Shown here piece by piece: positions 51,855-64,000 of a DNA stretch of 64,000 nucleotides. The DNA comes from Octopus vulgaris (Eukaryota), in the NCBI GenBank assembly GCA_951406725.2, contig OX597834.1:15376001-15440000 (forward strand). The letters are read 5' to 3'. The first letter of the stretch is position 1. Each line of letters begins with the position of its first letter. Under the pieces are notes generated by a model, which worked only from the letters and a program-made list of their open reading frames with translations, was not told where the DNA came from and did no database searches. The position numbers were made by a program, and so were the translations under genes.

Positions 51855-52250
51855 AGGCGCAGGAGTGGTTGTGTGGTAAGTACTTGCTTACCAACCACAT
51901 GGTTCCGGGTTCAGTCCCACTGCGTGGCATCTTGGGCAAGTGTCTTCTACTATAGCCCCGGGCCTACCAATGCCATGTGAGTGGATTTGGTAGACGGAAA
52001 CTGAAAGAAGCCGGTCGTATATATGTATATGTGTGTGTGTGTGTTTGTGTGTCAGTGTTTGTCCCCCTAGCATTGCTTGACAACCGATGCTAGTGTGTTT
52101 ACGTCCCCGTCACTTAGCGGTTCGGCAAAAAGAGACCGATATAATAAGTACTGGGCTTACAAAGAATGAGTCCCGGGGTCGATTTGCTCGGCTGAAGGCG
52201 GTGCTCCAGCATGGCCGCAGTCAAATGACTGAAACAAGTAAAAGAGAGAG
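51855..52250 (+). mobile_element. Family A SINE, full length (a decayed 5' half precedes it at 51690-51840)
   Basis: Full head-to-tail match. Confidence 0.9.
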
Positions 52251-52277
52251 AGTATATATATATATATATATATATAA

Positions 52278-52452
52278 ACCTTTCTCTCTCTGTATATTTC
52301 AGTGTTTCTTTCTGTTGAAGAGCGTAGGCTGGAAACGTAAAATACTTTCTCCCTTCCCGAACGTTAAACTAATACATCTGTCTGTTGTTTACACACCCAT
52401 CTTCGTCTTTTGCTTTGCTTGTCTTTTTTTTTTTTTTTGTAAATTCTAACTA
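52278..52452 (+). mobile_element. ~170-bp element with variant hammerhead-like core CTGTTGA
   Basis: ttt-CTGTTGA-agagcgtaggctg-GAAA-cg-TA-aaa (52309-52342). Homologous to 56597-56745(-). Confidence 0.6.
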
Positions 52453-52636
52453 ATATATATATATATATATATATACATACATATATGTGTATATATAATA
52501 TTAGCGGCAGAGACAGTATCATTATCGCGAGATAATGTATACACACACATATATTATCTTGTTAAGGCTATTTCTAGATATTCTATAGCCGGCACTGGTT
52601 TTTGGTGCAGCGTTTCGTATATATATATATATATAA

Positions 52637-52845
52637 AGTTAATCCAAACATGAAAACACAAAGAGAAAACACAACAACGCGAAGACGTGGAACAAATATA
52701 ATATTATTGGACGCTCAGTAAGGAAGGGAAGAAGGTGGATTTTACGTTTCGAGCGGAGCTCTTCGTTAGAAACATAGGAAAAGGAAAGATCCAGAGAAGG
52801 GAAGACGGAGGGAAAAAATCGCCAACGGTACACACGCGGTCACAT
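52637..52845 (-). mobile_element. ~200-bp non-coding element with near-intact hammerhead motif (52739-52773)
   Basis: Minus strand: gttt-CTAACGA-agagctccgctc-GAAA-cg-TA-aaat (one core substitution). Homologous to 12340-12541. Flanked by (TA)n. Confidence 0.7.
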
Positions 52846-52846
52846 T

Positions 52847-52908
<62 letters not shown>

Positions 52909-53530
52909 TTACATATAAACATGTGTGTGTGTGTATTAGAGACATAGTATTATTATCGAGAGGTAACGTTTATCCCCACTTCAACGGTATCTACCTCTCG
53001 GTATTAATACTGATAAAGCCTCTAATATAACATTTTTAACAAGCTCACTGTCTAATCGTGGCACCAGCACCTAATGTAACCAAACTATCATGGTCACATA
53101 CCCCAATCAACCCTTTTGTGGTGAAAATTGATATAAACAACCTTCAGTTATATATTCGCTGCTTCCAGTGTTAATGCCATATCGCCTGAGGAAACGAACA
53201 CATGAACTATGATCCACCCGATGTCCATGGATACTGTGGACTCTACTGTAATCATCCTAAGACTATGGACTATGATCGTAAGAATCATGTGATTTGTGGA
53301 AACACACGTAGCGGTGCATTAAAATACTTATAAATTCCATCCATGGATTAAAAAAAATATATGTATGTATATATATATATATATGAGTTATAATTCCAAA
53401 CAAGTGGGCGAATTGAAGAAATGAAGATGAAAACGTGCAGAGAATAATTGAGAATTAATCAGAATTTAATTATATTCTAAAATATATGAATGCACTTGAC
53501 GGATTTCGTATGATTTTCAAAAGTGTATAG

Positions 53531-54139
53531 TGTATACCAGGAATGTGTACTCAGCACTCTACTGTATGGAAGTGAGACCTGGACGCTATACACACGCCAA
53601 GAGCGTCACCTAAACATCTTTCACCTGCGCTGCCTCCGAAAAATCCTCCGCATCAAATGGCAGAATTATATCCCCAACAAAGACGTATGAGATGGCTTGG
53701 GCATGTTAGCCGTATGAAAGATGGCAGAATCCCCAAGGACATACTCTGCGGAGAGCTTGCTAGGGGTACTAGGTCTGTGGGTAGACCGATCTTACGTTAC
53801 AAGGATGTTTGCAAACGGGACATGAAGGCCTGCAACATCAATATTAGCACTGGGAGGCAGTTGCCGGCAACCGTGGAGAATGGCGACGTACCGTAAAAGA
53901 GGGAATACAAAGGAGTGACAGAGAGAGAGAGGGGAGAAATGGAAAGACAAGAAACTATGACATTACAACCAGCCAGGAACAGTCTTCGCTACATTTGCGG
54001 TACCTGCCAGAGGGAGTGTTTGTCCAGGATAGGACTACACAGCCACAGCAGGAAATGTATCAGGACATGAAATGTAAAAGCCGGACTAGACTACTTTATG
54101 CGCAACTCCATTGTCTCCCGAGACAGAAAGGATGCCAAC
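53531..54139 (+). pseudogene. 3' fragment of RTE-clade LINE ORF (frameshifted) with 3' UTR
   Basis: VLSTLLYGSETWTLY..FHLRCLRKILRIKWQ / QRRMRWLGHVSRMKDGRIPKDIL..GRP..RYKDVCKRDMK / C-terminal CGTC..SRIGLHSHSRKC. Confidence 0.88.
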
Positions 54140-55574
54140 CATAGTTTATGGACTTGCGTCGCAAATTATGTCTATTCTGTCCACTGACGTCGACTTTGCC
54201 TTTTGTCCTTTCTGGGTCGATAAAATAAGTACCAGTTACAAGATTGGGTTGATGTAATCGACTAACCTCACCCCCTAAAATTGCAGGCCTTGTGCCAAAA
54301 TTTGTAATCAGTATTTATTCTTAGAATTCGAAAGTATTGATAAAACTGCATAATGGATTCTTAAATGAAATAATTTATGAGCCAGGTCTGATAAATATGG
54401 AACAATAAAATCGCAAGCGCCATATTTTACAACTAGCATAATTTATATTTTCGGTATCAGGACTGTCATGATACTTTGGTTTCGTCAATAGAATGAGGCA
54501 CTCCGTAATCGGTAAATTATGGTTCGGTCAATTGCTGTTCTTCAAATTCTCTGCACATGTTAAATGTCAACTCTGTACTGACCCAAGGTGTTTCGACTTT
54601 ATTCGCACTAAGCGACCATCTTATAAAATTTTACCTTACATCACCTCGTTAATCTCCATCATTGTTTTGCTTCCTTAATTACAAGACCTTTATCGAAAAA
54701 GGAATTCTAATCTCAATTTTCTCGTTCTCAGTACGTTTTCGTTTTTTCTATTTTCTTCTTTCGTAGCTATCTTAACCTTGAAAAGGATGAAAGACAAAGA
54801 TCTTTAACTGGATTCGAATCCATCAACAACGCGTACTAATGGAAGTTAATACTGTAAGGTATACACTTAGATCGACGTTCAAGTATTTCTGGGGGCTCAC
54901 TGTGCTTCAGGGTTTGTAAAACCTGTGGCAGCAATTATAAGGTAATTGAAGGAATAATGAATAATGAATGTTGCGTGATGAATGATGATCGTTATCTATA
55001 CGAGAACGAGGAAGCCGGGGGGAACGGATGGCAGAATGGGTAGATTAGCAGATTAAATGCCTTCGGGTGTTTAGTGCACACGTGTACATACGCCTGTACA
55101 TATTCATGAGAATAAAAGAATGTGTGTATGTATGAGTATGTGTGATTATACGTTTGTATGTATATGTGTTTGTGATTAGGTGTAAGCTTTGGTATTAGGT
55201 GTTTGACGTAATTTCTCTGGATTCGTTTCGATGCAGTAATTAAATAAATCTCATTTAGGATTAAGAGATGGAAAAGAAAATAACCGTGCTTAAGAGAGAA
55301 AAAAAAAAGCCATTTATTTTCTGGACGACTCTGTTCATTTCACTTTCGACAAGATTTAAGAGTTGTGCATAGCAAAGTAGACGAGGCAACAAATAGAATG
55401 TTTGCCAGTTCAAACTTCGTTGAAGCCAAATTTTGTTTTTATCATTCCGGGGTTTTATTAATTAATATAGTAAGCATTGCGGATTCATTGTTCCATCACA
55501 GAGAATGCGGGGGTATTTTTAAAGCGGGATCCTCTTACTTCTGTGCACTTGTTATAGTGCTCCAATCGTTTTGT

Positions 55575-56110
55575 TAAGGCCCGATGGAAATCCTCCAAAG
55601 CAAAGATCTTTGTCAGTCTCCTTCAGCCTCTTTGTCAGCCTCTGAGGTTCTCCTTCAGCTTAGGGAACAACAAGATCTGGACAGCTGGAAGAGTGGGGGA
55701 CAGGTTCCAAGCCCATATCTGTCAAGTAGTCGGTTACCAGGATGCTCGAGACTGAGTACCCTGAAGACCTGACGCTTGTTCAGGTCTTCATCGATACTTC
55801 TGTGAACAATTGCTACACCATTGCCAAACTGTATGCTTATTGTCTTTGTAGACACGCGACAATCTTCATCCGTTGCGAACTTTCTGAACCAGCTCTGATG
55901 TTCTCACATCCTTCTCATTCTCACACCGCTCATCGCCTTTGACCACTGACCCATGCCATCCTTGAACCTTTTGTATCAGAGAAAAACAGATGCTGGGCTC
56001 AGACACGTTAGTCCACGAGACGTCTTGATCATTTTGTGATCTTTCTGTGGCATTTTCCCCAGTCTGGCACAAAACTATATTGCGTAACGAGTGTCCAACT
56101 TGTCTTCGTG
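55575..56110 (-). pseudogene. Decayed, internally deleted mariner transposase
   Basis: Minus-strand fragments IVFCARLGK..CLSPASVFL*YKRFKDG (HTH region), VSTKTISIQFG..VHR, and VTDYLTDMGLEPVPHSSSCPDL / LFPKLKENLRG (YSPDL-like motif). Confidence 0.8.
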
Positions 56111-56292
56111 TCCTCACAGCATTCATCAAAATAGTCGGCAGCGACGAGCAACATTCAGTAGAGAGTAGTATTCAAATTGTTCCCCAGCGTAATCTATGTC
56201 CGCATGTATCGTGTGCACGCATACACACACATGCATATACATATGCATATACACACATATATATACACACACACATACACACACACACACAT

Positions 56293-56336
<44 letters not shown>

Positions 56337-56596
56337 GCATAACATTTTGTATATACATACATAAAATTATGAGCATAATTATAATTAGGGTTCAGCAGAA
56401 TTTGCTTCACCACATACCGAAATTTAGAAATAGCAGTTAAAATACTATTCTACTACCATAAGATATCTCCCAGACAGTAGTACTCTTCAACACACGCAAG
56501 TAAAGAGAAAAAAAATAACGAATCCACCTGGCATTGATTAGATATATACGCGTATTTATATCATTATATACATACATATAAATATATATATACATA

Positions 56597-56745
56597 TAGT
56601 TGAAATTTACAGAAAAACAAAAGAGGAAGTATGAACGACAAATAGGTGTATTAGTTTGACGCTCGGGAAGGTGAGAAATTCTTTTACGCTTCGAGCCTAC
56701 GCTCTTCAGGAGTAAGGAACACGAGGAAATAAACAGAGAGAGAGA
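56597..56745 (-). mobile_element. Second copy of the 52278-52452 element, hammerhead core decayed
   Basis: Minus strand: ..CTCCTGA-agagcgtaggctc-GAAG-cg-TA-aaag. Downstream ttcccgagcgtcaaactaatac matches ttcccgaacgttaaactaatac in the 52278 copy. Confidence 0.6.
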
Positions 56746-56780
56746 GAGAAAGAGAGACAAAAACACACACACACACATAG

Positions 56781-56816
<36 letters not shown>

Positions 56817-56884
56817 CATACACACACATCCTATTACTGGAAGATTCTGTCGACTAAATTCCACGCTCATGGGATTAGTAAACC

Positions 56885-57036
56885 AGGTGTGGTAAGTATC
56901 TTGCTTACCAACTACATGGTTCCGGGTTCACTTCCACTGCGTGGCACCTTGAGCAGGTGCCTTCTACTACTCTAGCCTCGGGCCGACTGAAGCCTTGTGA
57001 GTAGATTTGGTATAGGAAGACTGAAAGAAGCCCCTC

Positions 57037-57075
<39 letters not shown>

Positions 57076-57336
57076 GTGTGTGTGTATATGTATATATATA
57101 TGTGTGTGTGTGTATATATGTATGTATGTGTGAGTGTGTGTATATATATATGTATGTATGTGTGTGTGTATATATGTATGTATGTGTGTGTGTGTATATA
57201 TGTATGTATGTGTGTGTGTGTGTGTGTTTATATATGTATGTATGTGTGTGTATATATGTATGTATGTGTTTGTGTGTGTATATATATGTATGTGTTTGTG
57301 TGTGTATATATATGTATGTATGTATGTGTATGTGTG

Positions 57337-57367
<31 letters not shown>

Positions 57368-57585
57368 TTGTGTATATGTTTGTGTGTCTGTGTTTGTCCC
57401 CCAACATCGTTTGACAACCGATTCTGGTGTGTTTACGTCCCCGTCACTTAGCGGTTCGGCAAAAGAGACCAATAGAATAAGTACTAGGCTTACATAGAAT
57501 AAGTCCATGGGTCGATTTGCTCGACTAAAGGTGGTGCTCCAGCATGGCCGCAGTCAAATGACTGAAACAAGTAAAAGAGTAAAAG
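56885..57585 (+). mobile_element. Family A SINE with ~350-bp internal microsatellite expansion
   Basis: Head to 57037, TA/TG/TATG tract 57038-57390, tail to 57585. Confidence 0.88.
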
Positions 57586-58179
57586 TGTATCCTAGAAGGC
57601 AGTTTCCCCAAGACGCGACCGAACTTGAAACCATGTTGTCACGAATCGAAATTCTTCATCACCTAAGTTGATTCCAACGCCTGTGACCCAGACCATGCTG
57701 GAGTACCGCCTCCATTGATACGTTTTGCTATTTCTGACATTCGTGAAAAATAAAAGAGTATTGACTGAATCACTGCAGGCCGGGGCGAAATTTATTTGTG
57801 ACCCTTTACTCTTTGGGTTTAAAAATCGCACAGAGGTCAACCCTGCCTTTTATCGTTCATGTTACCAATAAAATTAAGTACCAGCGAAGGACTAGAGATG
57901 ATTAAATCGACTGTAATAAAATAAATATACGATAAAATAAAATTAACTAAAATGAAATAAAATAAATTGGTGTCCTTGTGCCAAATTTAAGAATCAATAA
58001 TATTCCTGAAATTTTCATTGCTTTTGTCCTCGTTGTGGTTGTTGTTATTGTTGTTGTTGTTGGTGGTGGTAGTGGTGGTAGTGTTTGTGGTGGTGGCGAT
58101 TTTTGAAAGGACATCAGCTTTGAAATGATTTCAACCTTAATTGGATAGTGACTTGCGTTGTCCGTTCTTCAGATAGAAA

Positions 58180-58815
58180 ATGATTATGATGATGATGATG
58201 ATGATAATAATAATGGTGAGGATAATAATGATGATAATAATGATAATAGTGCCGATAACAATAATTGTGATCATGGTATACCAATAATAATAATGTTAAT
58301 AATAATAATTACTATTATTGTTGCTGTTGTTGTGATGATGACGTTAACAATTATAGTAATGATAACAATTATAGTGATGATGTTGATAGCAGTAATAATA
58401 ATAATAATAATAATAACAATAACGATAAGAAGAATAAGAAGAAGAATAACAATAATAATAATAATAATGCAATAATAATAAGAATAATACAATAATAATA
58501 ATAATAATAACAATAACAATAATAATAATAATAATAACAATAACAACAACAACAATAACAATAATAATAATGCAATAATAATAAGAATAACAATAACAAC
58601 AATAATAATAATAATAATGCAATAATAATAAGAATAATACAATAATAATAAGAATAATAATAACAATAATAACAATTAACAACAATAATAATAATAATAA
58701 TAATAACAATTACAATAATAATAAGAAGAAGAAGAACAATAATAATAACATTAACAACAATAATAATAATAATAATAATAATAATGGTAATAATAATAGT
58801 AATAATAATAATAAG
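58180..58815. repeat. (AAT/AAC/GAT)n trinucleotide field
   Basis: Direct observation. Confidence 0.95.
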
Positions 58816-59028
58816 AGTAAATTTTTTCGTCTAGCTTATAGACCAATATCACTCCACTTGATTTCCGATCATTTCGGTTCATTTGAGTAGAACATTCTCT
58901 GGAATAAACTTCGACTTCATTCTATATAATATCGATGTAAATTTTGTCGTAGTTGCTGCTGCTGCTGTTGTTATTGCTGTTGTTGTTGTTGTTGTTGCAG
59001 TAGTAGGAGTAGTATATTTGTTATCTTG

Positions 59029-59091
<63 letters not shown>

Positions 59092-59354
59092 CGTTTTTTT
59101 TTTTCTGTTTTGATGTTTCATCTTTTATTCTTTTAAAGTTTTTATTTTAATTTTTTTATCTTTTGATATTTTTATTTTTATTTTTATCTTCATCTTGTGA
59201 TGTTGTTTTTTTTTATTTTATTTATTCTTTTTATTTTCTCTGAAGCGAATTCTTGCTAAATGACTTGAAAAGATTCGATGGAAATTATGTGACTGTTATA
59301 ATTAAACTTTTCTCTCCATACCATCAATAGATTTCATCTGTTTAATCTTTTTAC

Positions 59355-59410
<56 letters not shown>

Positions 59411-60123
59411 TGTTGTTGTTGTTTTTATTATATTTTATTTATATATCTATTTATTTGTTTCGTTTTTGCTTCATTTCTAATTTTTCAGGGACATTTTTCC
59501 AGGCTTCATTTTTTTTGTTTTTGTTTCTTTTAGTTGCGTATATGTGTGTGAGCGTGTGCATGTGTGTGTGTGTGCGTACTTATGTCTCAATATATGTGTA
59601 TGGCTGTTTGTGTGTGTGTGTATGTGTGTATGTTTTGACAATTTGGTTTTTACTCCTTCTGAAGTGAAGTATGAAAAGAAAATCCAAAAATAAATAATTA
59701 AATATAAAAATAGTACACACATATACACAGAAACTTATACACACGCGTGCATATATATATATACACAAATATACACACGTGAATAAAAGACAAATGCGCG
59801 CGCACACACAAGGACAGACAGACAAAAGTGAATAAGAGAAAATAATAAAATCGACAAAACTTGATATCAAAATCTAATCACTACAACAACAGCAACAACA
59901 ATAAGAAGAAGAAGAAGAAACGAAGGTAAGAAGGAAAGAAAGTGAGAAGGAAAAGAAGAAAGAAGAGAATAAGTTCTTTACAACATAGCATTTGTGTTTA
60001 ACAGGCAGATAATTAAATTTGTTCAATATTTAATCAATTAGTAATGAGCAGAAAGCAGGAAAGTTAGAAAGAAAGGAAGGAAGGAAGGATAGGATAGGAT
60101 AGGATGGAAGAAGCTGAAAAGAC

Positions 60124-60311
60124 GTAGTAGTAGTAGTAGTAGTAGTGATAGTAGTAGTAGTAAAAGAAGAATGAGTTGTAGTAGTAGTAGTAGAAGAATG
60201 AGTAGTAGTAGTAAGAGAATGAATAGTAGTAGTAGTAGTAGAGGTAGTAGTAGTAGTAGTAGTAAAAGAAGAAGAATGTGTAGCAGTAGTTTTAGTAGTA
60301 AAAGAAGAAGA

Positions 60312-60348
<37 letters not shown>

Positions 60349-60379
60349 AAAGAATAATGAGTTGTAGTAGAATGAGTAA

Positions 60380-60412
<33 letters not shown>

Positions 60413-60420
60413 AAGAAGAA
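60124..60420. repeat. (AGT)n with interspersed aaaagaagaatg units
   Basis: Direct observation. Confidence 0.92.
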
Positions 60421-60792
60421 GATCGAAAATTGACAGAAACGAAGAATGAAAGAAGAAAGCTACTGAGGTGGAGAAGATGGCGAAAAGATTTTGTAGAAAA
60501 CATCAAAGAAGAAACGAAAGAAAGAGGATAAAGAGCAAGAAGAAGAAGAAGAAGAAACGGGAAGGAGGGGAGAAGGAGAAGAAAAATCCGATTGGGGATC
60601 TGCCTAATTGTACGGGTGGTGGAGAGAGAGAGAGAGAGAGAGAGTCCAGATCGGTGAGGAAGAGGAGTAATGAGAGAAAGGAAGAAGAACTGTTGCAATA
60701 CAACGAAAAGGGAAAGAAAATGAATTAAGAAGGACCCAAAATTGGAAATTCCAGATGAGAATAAAGAACTACGCGATAACTGAAAGGACGAC

Positions 60793-61176
60793 GTGGATGC
60801 GCAATGGCCCAGTGGTTAGGGCAGCGGACTCGCGGTCATAGGATCGCGGTTTCGATTCCCAGACCGGGCGTTGTGAGTGTTTATTGAGCGAAAACACCTA
60901 AAGCTCCACGAGGCTCCGGCAGGGGATGGTGGTGATCCCTGCTGTACTCTTTCACCACAACTTTCTCTCACTCTTACTTCCTGTTTCTGTTGTACCTGTA
61001 TTTCAAAGGGCCGGCCTTGTCACTCTCTGTGTCACGCTGAATATCCCCGAGAACTACGTTAAGGGTACACGTGTCTGTGGAGTGCTCAGCCACTTACACG
61101 TTAATTTCACGAGCAGACTGTTCTATTGATTCGGATCAACCGGAACCCTCGTCGTCGTAACCGACGGAGTGCTTCC
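60793..61176 (+). mobile_element. tRNA-derived SINE family C, full length
   Basis: 13-bp TSD actgaaaggacga (60779-60791 / 61177-61189). Nearly identical to 37868-38254. Confidence 0.93.
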
Positions 61177-61310
61177 ACTGAAAGGACGATGTTTGAGATA
61201 AAGTCTAAACTGGGTCTATGGTATGAGTGATTGTAGAATGTGGGGTGTTCATTCTGGCACTCTTGTTTATCAGAGTATCTGTGTAATAGTCTTTCGGTTT
61301 ATAGTATAAG

Positions 61311-61632
61311 GTGGATGCGCAATGGCCCAGTGGTTAGGGCAGCGGACTCGCGGTCGGAGGATCGCAGTTTCGATTCCCAGACCAGTCGTTGTGTGTTTAT
61401 TGAGTGAAAACACTTAAAGCTCCACGAGGCTCCGGCAGGCGGGTGTGGCAACCCCTGTTCTACTCTTTCGCCCCAACTTTCTCTCACTCTCTCTTCCTGT
61501 TTCTTGGGTAACGCTGCGATGGACTGGCGTCCCGTCCAGCTGGGGGGAACGCATACGCCACAGAAACCTGGAAACCAGGCCCATGAGCCTGCGCTAGGCT
61601 TGAAAAGGGCGCATAAAAAATTTAAAAAATTG
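61311..61632 (+). mobile_element. Family C head with alternative 3' half
   Basis: Same first ~190 bp, then gctgcgatggactggcgtcccgtccag.. and an A-rich end. 9-bp TSD tagtataag (61302-61310 / 61633-61641). Confidence 0.85.
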
Positions 61633-62007
61633 TAGTATAAGAGGTCTTGAAATATATAAACCCAGGAGAGCTCCCGTGGCTCAGAGACCGTTCAAGAGTT
61701 TGTGGGAGCAACCTGAGAAAACAGTACATCTGTGGCCCAGAGGTCGATGTTTTGGACGGAGAGAAGATGACTATCAGTTTGGTGACTATCTTCTCTTTTT
61801 CCGTTTTTTCTGGGGTTTTTTTCTTTGTTGCCTCTATTTGTGTACGGGGGATTTGGTTCCTTCTGTTCGAATACGAGAGCGGGACCCTTACAGAATACAG
61901 GTAACGAAGAATCCGATCATTTAAGCACAAGTGCTTCAGAAAGGCTAACGCAACTGGTTCTCAGTCATGATTTTAACTATCGATCCACTTTGATTTCACT
62001 ATTTCAC

Positions 62008-62409
62008 AGGCACAGGAGTGGCTGTGTGGTAAATAGCTTGCTTACCAACCACATGCTTCCGGGTTCAGTCCCACTGCGTGGCACCTTGGGCAAGTGTCTT
62101 CTGCTATAGCCTCGGGTCGACCAATGCCTTGTGAGTGGATTTGGTAGACGGAAACTGAAAGAAGCCCGTCGTATATATGTATATATATGCGTGTGTGTGT
62201 GTTTGTGTGTCAGTGTTTGTCCCCCTAGCATTGCTTGACAACCGATGCTGGTGTGTTTACGTCCCCGTCACTTAGCGGTTCGGCAAAAGAGATTGATAGA
62301 ATAAGTACTAGGCTTACAAAGAATAAGTCCCGGGGTCGAGTTGCTCGATTAAAAGGCGGTGCTCCAGCATGGCCGCAGTCAAATGACTGAAACAAGTAAA
62401 AGAGTAAAG
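62008..62409 (+). mobile_element. Family A SINE, full length
   Basis: Full head-to-tail match. Confidence 0.9.
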
Positions 62410-62425
62410 TGCATATATACATATA

Positions 62426-62480
<55 letters not shown>

Positions 62481-62518
62481 GCAGGTGATACTATTGTAAA
62501 TGTATTTATGCATGGATT

Positions 62519-62555
<37 letters not shown>

Positions 62556-63206
62556 ATATCTGTGTATATGTATATGTGTGTATGTATATGTGTGTATGTA
62601 TATGTGTGTGTGTGTATGTGTATGTATATGTGTGTGTGTGTGTGTATATGTGTGTGTGTGCTTGCATTGCGTGCGCGAGTGTGTGTGTACACATATATAT
62701 CTATGCACAACGCATACGCACACACACACACACACACACACACACCCATAAACACACACACCATTACCTGAAAGATTCAAAACAATATAAAACGCTGCTT
62801 CATTCGCTGCAAGTTATGAAATTTTTTTCAATAATGTTCCTCCATTTTATTTTTTCCTGCGTAAAAGCTTATTAGAGAGTTGGCAAGGAATTAACATCTT
62901 ACAAACTCGAAGTGTTTTTAACCCTCTCCAGAACATTATAAACAGTTTTATATACTTCTTCTTGGTTTTTTGTAATGTTTTTTGTTTAATATTTTTTTTT
63001 AGTTTTCTCCCTCATTATGAGTTAAACTTGACATCAGGTCAGAGTTTAGATGATTGTAAGCGTTTTAACCCTATTGGTGTCAATAAAATCATTTTTCTTT
63101 TCTATATATATGTGTGTGTGTATGTGGGCGGGTGGCGGTTGTAAGTGTGTATGGAAATATAGGTGTATGTATTTAAGTAAGTATATGTGTGTGTATGTTT
63201 GTGCCT

Positions 63207-63246
<40 letters not shown>

Positions 63247-63360
63247 GTATATATATATATGCACGCAAGTTTATATATATACATGCAGATATATAAATAC
63301 GTATATACACATATGCAAGCATACATATGTATATGCATACCTATATATACCTATATATAT

Positions 63361-63407
<47 letters not shown>

Positions 63408-63752
63408 GTATATATATATATAGATAGATATAGATATATATATATATATATACATGTACACATACACAAATTATTAATACGTTCACATAAATAATAATAT
63501 ATATATATATATATACATACACATACGCATATACATATACATATATACATATATTTATGTGTGTGTATTTACATGTACACATACACAAATTATTCATATG
63601 TTCACATAAATACTAATATATATATACATTCATATACATACGCATATACATGTATATATATGTATATATATATATATATATACATAAATACACGTATATA
63701 CATGTGTGTATATTCTCAAATACATACGCATATGCTCATGTACATATATATG

Positions 63753-63791
<39 letters not shown>

Positions 63792-64000
63792 TCATTTTTG
63801 CATATATATATCTGTGTGTATGTAAAATATACATATATAAATATATATACACAAGCATACATATGTGTGTGTATACGTATATCTCTATGTATGTATTCTC
63901 ATTTCGTTTTTGTGGTTTTTGGTTTTTCTTTTATCTCATTAAGTAAGTAAATGTGACCCCTGGGTGGCTGTTTACTAAAATAATCATTGGTTATTGACCC

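Noticed and set aside
61622-61930. Overlapping short ORFs as a host exon
   Set aside because: No recognisable domain, and splice signals are not convincing.

Overview
AT-rich, microsatellite-dense eukaryotic non-coding DNA. The repeat content resembles an octopus/coleoid cephalopod genome (inference, not verified). I found no host-gene exon. The only long real ORF is a 5'-truncated CR1-group LINE reverse transcriptase (1661-3691). Other contents: decayed RTE, Dong/R4 and mariner fragments; two non-autonomous Helitrons; one TIR MITE; at least four SINE families, several with target-site duplications; and many simple repeats that generate nearly all ORF-track entries. The main unexpected signal is about 14 type I hammerhead-ribozyme (HHR) motifs (stemI-CTGANGA-stemII-GAAA-palindromic stemIII-TH-stemI) in several unrelated short elements. 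Four look intact. Two loci are fold-backs with one HHR per arm, and one HHR has a (TA)n microsatellite as loop II. These look like Penelope-like or retrozyme-type non-autonomous elements. Two SINE/LINE tail partnerships are also visible. All structures were paired by eye; no search or folding was run.
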